From: Cyanobium sp. Prado107
GTDB taxonomy: Bacteria; Cyanobacteriota; Cyanobacteriia; PCC-6307; Cyanobiaceae
Direction: 5' to 3'
Assembly (NCBI GenBank): GCA_025454305.1
Contig: JALOOQ010000001.1
Coordinates: 1 to 52,473 of the forward strand
Length of the DNA: 52,473 nt
The stretch's first letter is position 1, and each line of letters begins with the position of its first letter. This document shows positions 8,856 through 17,895 of the stretch, piece by piece. The notes beneath the pieces are model-generated. The model was not told the origin of the DNA. It did no database searches and saw nothing but the letters and a program-made list of their open reading frames with translations. The position numbers were made by a program, and so were the translations under genes.

Positions 8856-10145
8856 ATGACGATCGGCATCGGCCTGCTCGGCCTCGGCACGGTGGGAGCA
8901 GGCGTTGCCGAGATCCTGGCCACACCCGAAGGCCGCCACCCCCTGGTGGCCGAGCTGGAGCTGCGCAGGGTGGCGGTACGCGACCTGCAACGTACCCGGC
9001 CGATCCAGCTGCCCTCTGAACTGCTGAGCACCGAGCCGGAAGCGGTGGTGGACGACCCGGCGGTGGACATCGTGGTGGAGGTGATGGGCGGCCTGGAGCC
9101 GGCCCGCTCCCTGATCCTGCGGGCGATCGCCGCCGGCAAGCCCGTGGTCACGGCCAACAAGGCGGTGATCGCCCGCCACGGTGAGGAGATCGCCGCCGCC
9201 GCCGCCGCCGCCGGCGTCTACGTGCTGCTCGAAGCCGCCGTGGGCGGCGGCATCCCGATCATCGAGCCGCTGAAGCAGTCGCTCGGCGCCAACCGCATCC
9301 AGCGGGTGAGCGGCATCATCAACGGCACCACCAACTACATTCTCAGCCGCATGGCGGCCGAGGGAGCCGACTACGCGGCGGTGCTGGCCGACGCCCAGCG
9401 CCTCGGTTACGCCGAGGCCGACCCTGCAGCCGATGTGCAGGGCGCCGACGCCGCCGACAAGATCGCCATCCTCACCGGCCTGGCCTACGGCGGCTCGGTG
9501 CCCCGCGAGGCGATCCCCACCGAGGGCATCGATCAGCTGGATGCCCGCGACGTCACCTACGCCGACCAGCTCGGCTTCGTGGTGAAGCTGCTGGCGGTGT
9601 CGCAGCGGATCGAGACCGCGACCGACGGCGACCCGCAACTGCTGGACGTGCGGGTTCACCCCACGCTGCTGCCCCGCAGCCATCCCCTCGCCGGCGTGAA
9701 CGGGGTGTTCAACGCGATCCTGGTGGAAGGCGAACCCGTGGGGCAGGTGATGTTCTACGGGCCAGGGGCCGGGTCGGGGCCCACGGCCTCGGCGGTGGTG
9801 GCCGACATCCTGAACATCGCCGGCGGACCGCCCGGGATCGATCCGCTGCTGGCAGCCGGCAGCTGGCGGCAGTGCCGCCTCATCGACGGCGCCCGCACGA
9901 CCCATCGCAACTACGTGCGTCTGCGCACCACCGACCAGCCGGGAGTGATCGGCCGGATCGGCACCTGTTTCGGAGACGCGGGGGTGTCGATCCAGTCGAT
10001 CGTGCAGTTCGAGGCCGACAGCGAGGCCGCCGAGATCGTGGTGATCACCCATGAGGTGCTGGAGGCCGACTTCCGCAGCGCCCTCGACGCCATCGCCGCC
10101 CTGCCGGAAGTGCAGCGGGTGGCGGCCTGCCTGCGCACCCTCTGA
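8856..10145 (+). CDS. hom: Homoserine dehydrogenase with C-terminal ACT domain
   Basis: GLGTVG Rossmann motif, VVTANKA, EAAVGGGIP, GIINGTTNYIL, GYAEADP, GPGAG..PTASAV and an ACT domain (DQPGVIG). Confidence 0.96.
   Translation: MTIGIGLLGLGTVGAGVAEILATPEGRHPLVAELELRRVAVRDLQRTRPIQLPSELLSTEPEAVVDDPAVDIVVEVMGGLEPARSLILRAIAAGKPVVTANKAVIARHGEEIAAAAAAAGVYVLLEAAVGGGIPIIEPLKQSLGANRIQRVSGIINGTTNYILSRMAAEGADYAAVLADAQRLGYAEADPAADVQGADAADKIAILTGLAYGGSVPREAIPTEGIDQLDARDVTYADQLGFVVKLLAVSQRIETATDGDPQLLDVRVHPTLLPRSHPLAGVNGVFNAILVEGEPVGQVMFYGPGAGSGPTASAVVADILNIAGGPPGIDPLLAAGSWRQCRLIDGARTTHRNYVRLRTTDQPGVIGRIGTCFGDAGVSIQSIVQFEADSEAAEIVVITHEVLEADFRSALDAIAALPEVQRVAACLRTL
9192..9212 (+). repeat. (GCC)7 in-frame microsatellite encoding Ala7 in hom
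   Basis: Seven perfect GCC units read directly from the sequence. Confidence 0.8.
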
Positions 10146-10528
10146 TCTGGATGATCAGGTAAGCAAATCGCCACCGGGTGGTGCCGGCGTCACCCGAAGC
10201 GGCAGCATGGGTGCAGATCAAAAGGAATTCTTAAGCACACCACCCAGAAGCCGGTCACAAGTGCGCCACGCGAGAGCGCAACTCAACCGCACTCGATTCA
10301 GCACGTCCTTCAGCGCAGTCCTCTTGCTCCTGCCGTTCGACTCACCTCCCTCGATCCGCTGTCCCCACCCTCTCGCACCGGCCCCGTCCGTCCCGCCAGG
10401 ATTCAGGAACAGGCTCCATTCACCGGCCAAGGCCACCCACCTCGCAGCTTTTTCACCCAACCCTGTCCCGGCATCGTCCCACCCCTCAACCGACCAAACC
10501 CGACCCGCCTTCCTCTGCCCACGGCTTC

Positions 10529-10741
10529 ATGACCACCCTTCCCTGTGCCAGCCAGAGCACCATGCCCCGTCAGGGAGACTGTGTGCGGCTCCAGACCGAC
10601 GAACACCTCTATCAGGTGATCGGTGTGGACGATCGGCACGACCGCTGCTGGCTGCGCCGCTGGCCCCTGGCCCGGCATGGGTCGGAGGTGTTTGAAATTT
10701 CCCTGCAGCAGGTCCGGCCCTCACGACCCCACCGCCCTTGA
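10529..10741 (+). CDS. Small hypothetical protein (70 aa), possibly an SH3/KOW-like beta barrel
   Basis: P..GDCVRL...LYQVIGVD....CWLRRWPL pattern of short beta strands; GC3-rich codons; preceded by a long non-coding region. Confidence 0.7.
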   Translation: MTTLPCASQSTMPRQGDCVRLQTDEHLYQVIGVDDRHDRCWLRRWPLARHGSEVFEISLQQVRPSRPHRP

Positions 10742-10769
10742 ATAGCGGCGGTCCGCTCAGCACCCAGCC

Positions 10770-12413
10770 TTGCCTCGGTCGTTGCGGCTGACTCCGCGGT
10801 CCAGCGTTCTCCTCACCGCCGCAGCGGCCCTGCTGCTGGCCGGATGCCGGGCAGGGTCGACCCCGGCCAGCGGCGGCGGCCCTCCTGAGCAGGGCGCGCC
10901 TACGGGTCCATCGGAAGGTCCGCGTGCCGCGCTGGTGGTGGCCACCAGCGCCCGTGTGGGCTCGGTGGATCCCGTGCGCGCCTCCACCTTCGGCGCCACC
11001 CAGCTGCTCAGCGCCATCGGCGATCCCCTCTACCGCCTGAAGGACGACGGCAGCGTGGTGCCCGCCCTGGCGTCCGAGCTGCCCCGGGTCAGCCCCGACG
11101 GCCTGACGGTGACCATCCCCCTGCGCCGCGATGTGCTGTTCCACGACGGCACTCCTTTCGATGCGGCCGCCATGGTGTTCAGCCTGGAGCGTTTCCTGGC
11201 GATCGGCACCCTCAGTTACCTGCTCGACGACCGCATCGAAACGGTGCGGGCGAGCAGCTCCCACGAGCTGAAGCTGCGGCTGAAGCGCCCCACCACGGTG
11301 CTGCCCCAGCTGCTCAGCACCATCAACCTCACGCCCGTCTCCCCCAAGGCCTACCGGGACCACGGCGATCGGGCCCTCAGCGACCGCTTCGTGGGCACGG
11401 GGCCCTACCGACTGAGCTTCTTCAGCGACCAGCAGCAGCGCCTGGAGCCCTTCGAGCGCTACTGGGACGAGCGACCCCGCAACAACGGCATCGTGCTGGT
11501 GAGCCTCGGCAACTCCACCGCCCTTTTCGGGGCCATGGGCAGCGGCGAGGTGGATGTGCTGCTCTCCACCGGCCTGCACGAGGACCACCAGCAGGCCCTG
11601 CAGCGCAGGGCGATCCGGGGCGAACTGCGGGAGGGCCAGGGTCCGGCCCTGGAGATCGGCTACATCACGCTGCACACCACCCAGCCGCCCTTCAACGACG
11701 CCGGGCTGCGCCGGGCCCTGGCCCACAGCCTCGATCGGCGGCTGATCACCGAGCGGGTGAGCCAGGGGCTGCGGACTCCCCTGCGCGACCTGGTGCCGCC
11801 GGCGGTGAGTGGCGCAATCCGGGACGGCTGGCCGGCCTACGACCCGGACACCGCCCGGAGCCTGTTCCGCCAGGCGGGCTACTGCGACGGGCAGGTGCTG
11901 GAGCTGCCGCTCACCTTCCGGTCCAACATCCCCTCTGACCGTCTGATGGTGCTCACCTGGCAGGCCCAGCTGGCCCGCGATCTGGGCGACTGCATCGAGC
12001 TGCAGCCCAATGGCATGGAATCCACCACCGTGTACCGGCAGCTCGGCGAAGGCGCCTTCCCCGCCGTCATGCTCGACTGGCGTGGAGCGGTGCGCGACCC
12101 GGAGGCCTACCTGTTTCCCCTGCTCAGCTGCAGCGAGGCGGAGGGTGATCGCTGCCTCCGGGGCGAGAGTGCCCTCAGCGGCAGTTTCTGGACCGCACCC
12201 GGGCTGCAGGAGCAGCTGCTGCTCAGCGAGGGGCTTACGGGGACCGAGCGTCTGGAGCTGCTGCAGACGATCGAGCAGCGCACCGCCGCTGCCGTCCCCT
12301 ATCTCCCCCTGTGGCTGGTGACCCCGCGGGCCTGGGCCCAGCGCCGGCTCGCGGCACCGCGCTTCGACGGCAACGGGAGGCTGATGCTGCAGGCGCTGCA
12401 GCGCCTGCCATGA
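10770..12413 (+). CDS. Family 5 (peptide/nickel) ABC transporter substrate-binding lipoprotein
   Basis: Lipobox LLAGC; P.LA..LP.VS.DGLT..I.LR..V.FHDGTPFDA..M.FS signature; GTGPY. Confidence 0.92.
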   Translation: MPRSLRLTPRSSVLLTAAAALLLAGCRAGSTPASGGGPPEQGAPTGPSEGPRAALVVATSARVGSVDPVRASTFGATQLLSAIGDPLYRLKDDGSVVPALASELPRVSPDGLTVTIPLRRDVLFHDGTPFDAAAMVFSLERFLAIGTLSYLLDDRIETVRASSSHELKLRLKRPTTVLPQLLSTINLTPVSPKAYRDHGDRALSDRFVGTGPYRLSFFSDQQQRLEPFERYWDERPRNNGIVLVSLGNSTALFGAMGSGEVDVLLSTGLHEDHQQALQRRAIRGELREGQGPALEIGYITLHTTQPPFNDAGLRRALAHSLDRRLITERVSQGLRTPLRDLVPPAVSGAIRDGWPAYDPDTARSLFRQAGYCDGQVLELPLTFRSNIPSDRLMVLTWQAQLARDLGDCIELQPNGMESTTVYRQLGEGAFPAVMLDWRGAVRDPEAYLFPLLSCSEAEGDRCLRGESALSGSFWTAPGLQEQLLLSEGLTGTERLELLQTIEQRTAAAVPYLPLWLVTPRAWAQRRLAAPRFDGNGRLMLQALQRLP

Positions 12414-13441
12414 GCCGCCGCAGCGCCCTGGCCCGCTATCTGGCCGCCCGTGTCGGGCTGGTGCCGGTGATGCTGTGGCTGATCGCCAGCCTGGTGTTTC
12501 TGCTGCTGCGTGTGGCCCCCGGCGACCCGGTGGACGCGGTGCTGGGCACCCGTGCTCCGGAAGCGGCCCGATCGGCACTGCGCAGCCAGCTGGGTCTGGA
12601 CCAGCCCCTGCTAAGGCAGTACGGCCGTTTTCTCGCGGATCTGCTGCGGGGGGATCTGGGCGAGTCGCTGAACAGCCAGGAGCCGGTGAGCCGGATCATC
12701 GGCCAGAGCCTGCCGGCCAGCCTGGAGCTCGGAATCACTGCCCTGCTGCTGGCGGCCCTGCTGGGACTGGCGGTGGGCTTTTCAGGCATCGCCCGGCCGG
12801 AGAGCAGGCTTGATCTGGCCGGCCGGCTCTACGGGATCGGCACCTACGCCCTGCCGCCCTTCTGGGCGGCGATGGTGGTGCAGCTGATCTTCGCCGTGTG
12901 GCTGGGCTGGCTGCCGGTGGGAGGAAGGTTCCCGCCCACCCTGCTGCCCCCCGCCGGCACCGGGTTCTTCCTGCTCGACAGCCTGCGCAATGGCTTCGCC
13001 ACGGGCCAATGGCATCAGCTCGGCGGCACGATCCGGCACCTGGCACTGCCGGCGTCCACCCTGGCACTGCTGCTCAGCGGCATCTTCACCAACGCCCTGC
13101 GGCTGAATCTGCGCCGGGCCCTGGCCTCCGACTACGTGGAGGCGGCCCGCAGCCGGGGGCTGGGCGAGGCCCGGGTGGTGCTGCGGCATGCCCTTCCCAA
13201 CGCTCTGCTGCCGGTGCTCACGATCACCGGCATCACGGTGGCCTCGCTGATCGGCGGCGCCCTGCTGATCGAGGTCACCTACTCCTGGCCGGGGATCGCC
13301 GCGCGCCTTCAGGAGGCCATCGCCCAGCGTGACTATCCCCTGGTGCAGGGCATCGTGGTGGTGGTGGCGGCCCTCGTGGTGCTGGTCACCGTGGTGGTGG
13401 ACCTGCTGGTGGCCCTGCTCGATCCCCGGATCCGGTTCTGA
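12410..13441 (+). CDS. DppB/OppB/NikB-type ABC permease
   Basis: PGDP, LGLDQP...QY, GDLGES, LPASLEL, EAA loop (DYVEAARSRGL) and RDYPLVQG. The ATG at 12410 overlaps the SBP stop codon. Confidence 0.93.
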   Translation: MSRRSALARYLAARVGLVPVMLWLIASLVFLLLRVAPGDPVDAVLGTRAPEAARSALRSQLGLDQPLLRQYGRFLADLLRGDLGESLNSQEPVSRIIGQSLPASLELGITALLLAALLGLAVGFSGIARPESRLDLAGRLYGIGTYALPPFWAAMVVQLIFAVWLGWLPVGGRFPPTLLPPAGTGFFLLDSLRNGFATGQWHQLGGTIRHLALPASTLALLLSGIFTNALRLNLRRALASDYVEAARSRGLGEARVVLRHALPNALLPVLTITGITVASLIGGALLIEVTYSWPGIAARLQEAIAQRDYPLVQGIVVVVAALVVLVTVVVDLLVALLDPRIRF

Positions 13442-15137
13442 GCGGAAGCACCTGAGCACCCTCCTTCAGAGGAGCGGGGTCGGCCGGCAGGCGACGCTGC
13501 CACCGGCGGGCGGCATCCCGGTCGAGGACGTAGGCCTCCACCCCGCCGTGCCGGCGCCTCTGGGGCATGAGCAGGGCGGCATGCCTGGCCGACTCCAGAA
13601 ATTCCACCGTCAGCCGCAGCAGCAGCTCCTGCACCAGCTCAGGGTCTTGACCCACCAGTTGCTCCCCAATCCGGAACAGGGCTTCACCCTCACCGTCCAG
13701 GCGCACGGGGGAGAAGTGGCTGCCGCCATCCACCAGCACCAGGCGGCTGCGGGGATGGCCACTGCTGATCAGCAGGCTGAGCTGCTCCTGCACCGGCGGC
13801 GTGATCAGGTCGAGGCTGCCCCCCACCATCAGCACCGGCACGGGGAGATCCTCCAGTCCCCGATCGGGCCAGAGCAGGCTGCCGAAGCCATTGAAGGTCA
13901 CCACCCCCAGGAGCGGGATGCCCGCCAGCCGCGGCAACGGGTCGTCGGAGCCGGGCAGGGCCCGGGGGGCGCCATCGCCGGTCACGGCCTCCAGCTGGCA
14001 CTGCAGCAGGCGGGAGAGGTTGGTGAGCGGCAGGGAGGTGAGGGCCCGACGGCAGCGACCGGAGAGCCCCTGCTCCGGAACCAGCCCCGCGGCCATCAGC
14101 GCCGCCAGTCCTCCGAGCGAATGGCCCATCAGCACCACTCCGGCATCTCCGGCACCGGCAGGGCCCAGGGGCGGCAGCCGGCCCTCGGTCAGGGCCGTGA
14201 GCACGGCCTCCAGATCGGCCAGCCGCTGGGGAAGCGATTCGGCCCCCGGCAGCGGACCCTCTCCGGCCAGCGAGGCCTTCACCGCCTGTTCATCACTGCC
14301 GGGGTGCTCGAGCACCAGGGCCGGCCATCCCTGCTGGGACAGGGAAGCGGCCAGCCAGGTCAGCTGGCTGCGGCTGCCGCCCAGGCCCGGCATCAGCAGC
14401 AGCAGGGGCCGCGGCTCGGCCTGGGCCGGACCGAGGGCCGGCCAGAGATCGACCGGCAGCGGCATGGGCCGGTGAGCCACGGCGAGCTGAAGCCGCACGG
14501 GCTCGGCAGGCCGGGTACGGCGCGGACCGTCCACCAGGGGACGCGTCTGCCGCAGAGGCAGGGGAAGGCGCCGCAGTTCGGCGACAGCATCCCGCTGATG
14601 CTGCAACTGGGCTCGCCAGTGCTGGGCCAGGGCGAGCAGACCATCCACCTGCAGCGTGACCCGAGGCATCGGCAGTTCGCGCAGGAGCTGCACAGCGGTC
14701 ACCGACCTCTGACGCTCGAACAGCCGGCGCAGGCTCTCCATCAGCAGCGGAGCCGTGTTCTCCCCCCCCGGACCGGTCACGAGCCCGCCCACCTCCCGCA
14801 GCATCTGCTCGCCCGTCCAGCTCCCCAGCAGCTCCGTGGCAAAGCTGCGGTGCTTGAGCAGAGGTGCCTGCAGCAAGCCCACCAGACCCCGGCGGGAGCG
14901 ATCATCCAGCAGGTTCAGCCATTGGGCGAGATCACCGCGGGGCCGATCATGGTCACGGCTCCAGGCCTCCAGATCGGCCAGCTCGATCGGCAGTTCCAGC
15001 CCCTCGAAGCGCACCACCAGCTCGTCCACCGCCCGTGCCGGTGGCAACCAGCCGAGCGGCAGGAGCACCAGCAGACTGGCGAGCACACCCGAGAGACGGC
15101 GGCGGTTTGAAGAGCGGTTGGGGGGGCGGTTTGGCAA
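13386..15137 (-). CDS. Exported alpha/beta hydrolase with DUF1400-like N-terminal domain (start approximate)
   Basis: Signal peptide (PPARA), PGLGG, EHPGSD, nucleophile elbow GHSLGG, GG..DLITP and GSHFSP. Confidence 0.85.
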   Translation of the reverse strand: MPNRPPNRSSNRRRLSGVLASLLVLLPLGWLPPARAVDELVVRFEGLELPIELADLEAWSRDHDRPRGDLAQWLNLLDDRSRRGLVGLLQAPLLKHRSFATELLGSWTGEQMLREVGGLVTGPGGENTAPLLMESLRRLFERQRSVTAVQLLRELPMPRVTLQVDGLLALAQHWRAQLQHQRDAVAELRRLPLPLRQTRPLVDGPRRTRPAEPVRLQLAVAHRPMPLPVDLWPALGPAQAEPRPLLLLMPGLGGSRSQLTWLAASLSQQGWPALVLEHPGSDEQAVKASLAGEGPLPGAESLPQRLADLEAVLTALTEGRLPPLGPAGAGDAGVVLMGHSLGGLAALMAAGLVPEQGLSGRCRRALTSLPLTNLSRLLQCQLEAVTGDGAPRALPGSDDPLPRLAGIPLLGVVTFNGFGSLLWPDRGLEDLPVPVLMVGGSLDLITPPVQEQLSLLISSGHPRSRLVLVDGGSHFSPVRLDGEGEALFRIGEQLVGQDPELVQELLLRLTVEFLESARHAALLMPQRRRHGGVEAYVLDRDAARRWQRRLPADPAPLKEGAQVLPLRTGSGDRAGPPAGPPPR

Positions 15138-15228
15138 GGGCCGGCGAGCGGAAAACCGCGGCAGCGGCTGGGGGGCAACGGTGAACGGGGAGGCGAGCGC
15201 CGGGACGGATGCCGGAGCCGATCCCACG

Positions 15229-16479
15229 GTGGCCGTGGGCCTGAGGCAGGCCAGATGGCAAAGGGTGGGCCACTGGTGTCTCCAGTTTCCCCCGGCGCTG
15301 CGGGAAGTGGCCGTGCTGCGGCTGGTGGGGTCGATCGGTGCCGGCGGGGTGCTGTATCTCACCCCGATGGTGTTTCACCAGGCGGCCTTCAGCCCCACCA
15401 GCGTCACCCAGGGCCTGGCCCTGGCGGCCCTGGCCGGCACGGTGGGGCGACTGCTCTGCGGACTGCTGCTGGACCGGGGCCTGAACTGTTCGCTGCCCGT
15501 GCTGCTGGCGGTTCTGTTCTCCCTGGCGGCCGACAGCATCCTGTTCGCGGCCAGGGCCTTCCCGGGCTATCTGCTGGGACAGCTGCTGCTGGGCATCGCC
15601 ATGGGGTTCTACTGGCCGGCCATCGAGCTGGCGGTTCCGCTGAGCTGTGGCCGTGGCCCCACGGCGATCCCCTCGGCCCGGGGCTTCGCCCTCGTGCGCA
15701 GTGCAGACGCCGCGGGGATCGCCGGTGGCGCCCTGCTGGGGGCCGCGCTGGCGGCGCTGGGGCTGCTGCGGGGGGTGTATCTGCTGGACATGCTCTGCCT
15801 GGCCGCAATGGTGGTGCTGCTGCTGCTGAGCCCGCTCCCCGATCCCGTCCGCCGGCAGCCGAGTGCCGAGTCGCACCGCTGGGCACCCTGGCTGCGGGCG
15901 CTGCTGCCGCTGCTGGCCATCGCCCTGCTGGCCACCTCGCTGCCTGCCCTGATGCAGAGCGCCCTGCCCCTGGATCTGGTCCGCGGCGGCCTGCGCCGTC
16001 AGGCCCTGTCCGAGAGCCTGGGAGCTCTGCTGATCGGCCTGCAGCTGGGGCTGCTCGTGCTGATCCAGTGGCCCCTCGGTCAGGCCCTGGCGCGGCGGCC
16101 GGTGGCCAGGGGGCTGGGATTGAGCCTGACGAGTTTCGCAGCGGGCACCGCACTGCTGTCGCTCTCCGCCCTGGTGACGGGGGGGGTGTGGCTGGTGCTG
16201 CTGGCCCAGCTGCCGCTGGCGGTGGGTCAGGCGGCCTTCCTGCCGATCGCCACGGAGGCGGTGATCGAGATCACCCCGGAGGAGCACCAGGGGGTGGCCA
16301 TGGCCCTCTTCTCCCAGTGCTTCGCCATCAGCGCACTGGGCGCCCCCCTGCTGGCCGGGTTAGCCCTGGAGGGGCAGGGCCACGGGGCCGGGCTGTGGCT
16401 GGTCATGGCCGGGCTGTGCCTGGCGGGCCTGCAGCTGGTGCGGAGGATCAGGCCCCGGAGTCCGTGTCTCCGCGCTTGA
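15229..16479 (+). CDS. Major facilitator superfamily transporter (start approximate)
   Basis: About 12 hydrophobic segments; G.LLDRG motif A-like loop; G.AMGFYWPAIE. Confidence 0.85.
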   Translation: MAVGLRQARWQRVGHWCLQFPPALREVAVLRLVGSIGAGGVLYLTPMVFHQAAFSPTSVTQGLALAALAGTVGRLLCGLLLDRGLNCSLPVLLAVLFSLAADSILFAARAFPGYLLGQLLLGIAMGFYWPAIELAVPLSCGRGPTAIPSARGFALVRSADAAGIAGGALLGAALAALGLLRGVYLLDMLCLAAMVVLLLLSPLPDPVRRQPSAESHRWAPWLRALLPLLAIALLATSLPALMQSALPLDLVRGGLRRQALSESLGALLIGLQLGLLVLIQWPLGQALARRPVARGLGLSLTSFAAGTALLSLSALVTGGVWLVLLAQLPLAVGQAAFLPIATEAVIEITPEEHQGVAMALFSQCFAISALGAPLLAGLALEGQGHGAGLWLVMAGLCLAGLQLVRRIRPRSPCLRA

Positions 16480-16642
16480 CCCAGGCCTCATGCGGCAGGG
16501 GCTCGGTGCCGTACTCCCAGTCGTCGTAGTCCGGATCGTTGCGGATCCGGCGGTGCAGTTCCTTCTGCACGTCGAAATCGTGGGGATGGGCCCCGGGCTC
16601 CTCACCGGTAGCCGACGGGGAGGGGTCGTGGACGTGGCTCAT
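16448..16642 (-). CDS. Small acidic hypothetical protein (64 aa)
   Basis: MSHVHD...DFDVQKELHRRIRNDPDYDDWEYGTEPLP; GC3-rich codons; directly downstream of ychF on the same strand. Confidence 0.6.
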   Translation of the reverse strand: MSHVHDPSPSATGEEPGAHPHDFDVQKELHRRIRNDPDYDDWEYGTEPLPHEAWVKRGDTDSGA

Positions 16643-16719
16643 GGCGGCGACCAGCTCTGCAGGGATTCTGGCCGAACACACGGGGAGGCCATCAACCCGC
16701 ATCGACGCCTGCACGAGGC

Positions 16720-17811
16720 CTAGACGTTGAACAGGAACTCCATCACGTCGCCCTCCTCCACCACATAGTCCTTGCCCTCCGCCCGAAGCCAGCCTCTGTT
16801 GCGGGCCTCAGCCAGCGATCCCGCCTCCAGCAACTGCTGGCAACCGATCGTCTGGGCGCGGATGAAGCCGCGCTCGAAGTCGGTGTGGATCACGCCGGCC
16901 GCCTGGGGGGCCGTCATGCCGGCCCTGATCGTCCAGGCACGGGTTTCCTTCTCGCCGGTGGTGAAGTAGGTGCGCAGACCGAGAAGGCTGTAGGTGGCCC
17001 TGATCAGGCTCCGCAGCCCCCCCTCCGCCACCCCCAGGCCGGCCAGGAATTCAGCGCGCTCCTCCTCCGGCAGCTCGATCAGCTCGGCCTCCACCTGGGC
17101 GGAGATGCGCACCGTGCCGGCGCCCTCCTTCTCCGCCAGGGCCGCCACCGCGTCGCAATAGGCGTTGCCGGAGGCCAGGTCGTCCTCGCTCACGTTGGTG
17201 GCGTAGATGATCGGCTTGGCGGTGAGCAGGCCCAGAGGCCTCATCAAGCTCGCCTCCTCCTGGCTCAAGGGCACGACACGGGCCGCGGCGCCGGCCTCCA
17301 GGGCCGTCTGAATGCGCTCCAGAGCGGCATCTTCCAGCTGGGCCTCCTTGCTGGTTCGCACCTGCTTCTTCAGGCGCTCGCGACGCTTCTCCACCTGCGC
17401 CAGATCCGCCAGGCCCAGCTCCAGGTTGATCACCTCGGCATCGCGTGCCGGGTCCACCGAACCGGCCACATGGATCACGTCCTCGCTGTCGAAGCAGCGC
17501 ACCACGTGCACGATCGCGTCGACCTCGCGGATGTTGGCCAGAAACTTGTTGCCCAGGCCCTCGCCCTGGCTGGCGCCCTTCACCAGGCCGGCGATGTCCA
17601 CGAACTCCACCCGGGTGGGCACGATCTCCTTGCTGGCGCTCAGCGTCGCCAGCTGGTCGAGCCGCGGGTCGGGCACCGCCACCACGCCCGAATTGGGCTC
17701 GATCGTGCAGAAGGGATAGTTGGCGGCTTCCGCCTGGGCGTTGGCCACCAGGGCGTTGAACAGGGTCGACTTGCCCACGTTGGGCAGACCGACGATTCCG
17801 GCTTTGAGCAT
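16720..17811 (-). CDS. ychF: Redox-regulated ATPase YchF (Obg family)
   Basis: [62 protein letters not shown]. Confidence 0.97.
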   Translation of the reverse strand: MLKAGIVGLPNVGKSTLFNALVANAQAEAANYPFCTIEPNSGVVAVPDPRLDQLATLSASKEIVPTRVEFVDIAGLVKGASQGEGLGNKFLANIREVDAIVHVVRCFDSEDVIHVAGSVDPARDAEVINLELGLADLAQVEKRRERLKKQVRTSKEAQLEDAALERIQTALEAGAAARVVPLSQEEASLMRPLGLLTAKPIIYATNVSEDDLASGNAYCDAVAALAEKEGAGTVRISAQVEAELIELPEEERAEFLAGLGVAEGGLRSLIRATYSLLGLRTYFTTGEKETRAWTIRAGMTAPQAAGVIHTDFERGFIRAQTIGCQQLLEAGSLAEARNRGWLRAEGKDYVVEEGDVMEFLFNV

Positions 17812-17817
17812 GGCTGG

Positions 17818-17823
17818 AATCTA
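17818..17823 (-). promoter_or_regulatory. Candidate -10 box (TAGATT) 6 nt upstream of the ychF ATG
   Basis: The minus strand reads gctccgTAGATTccagccATG. Confidence 0.5.
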
Positions 17824-17895
17824 CGGAGCGTCCGGCACCTCCGGAAACGCTGGACGCCTCGCCGGAGCCGCGGTCCAACCGCGAAACTGGTGTGA

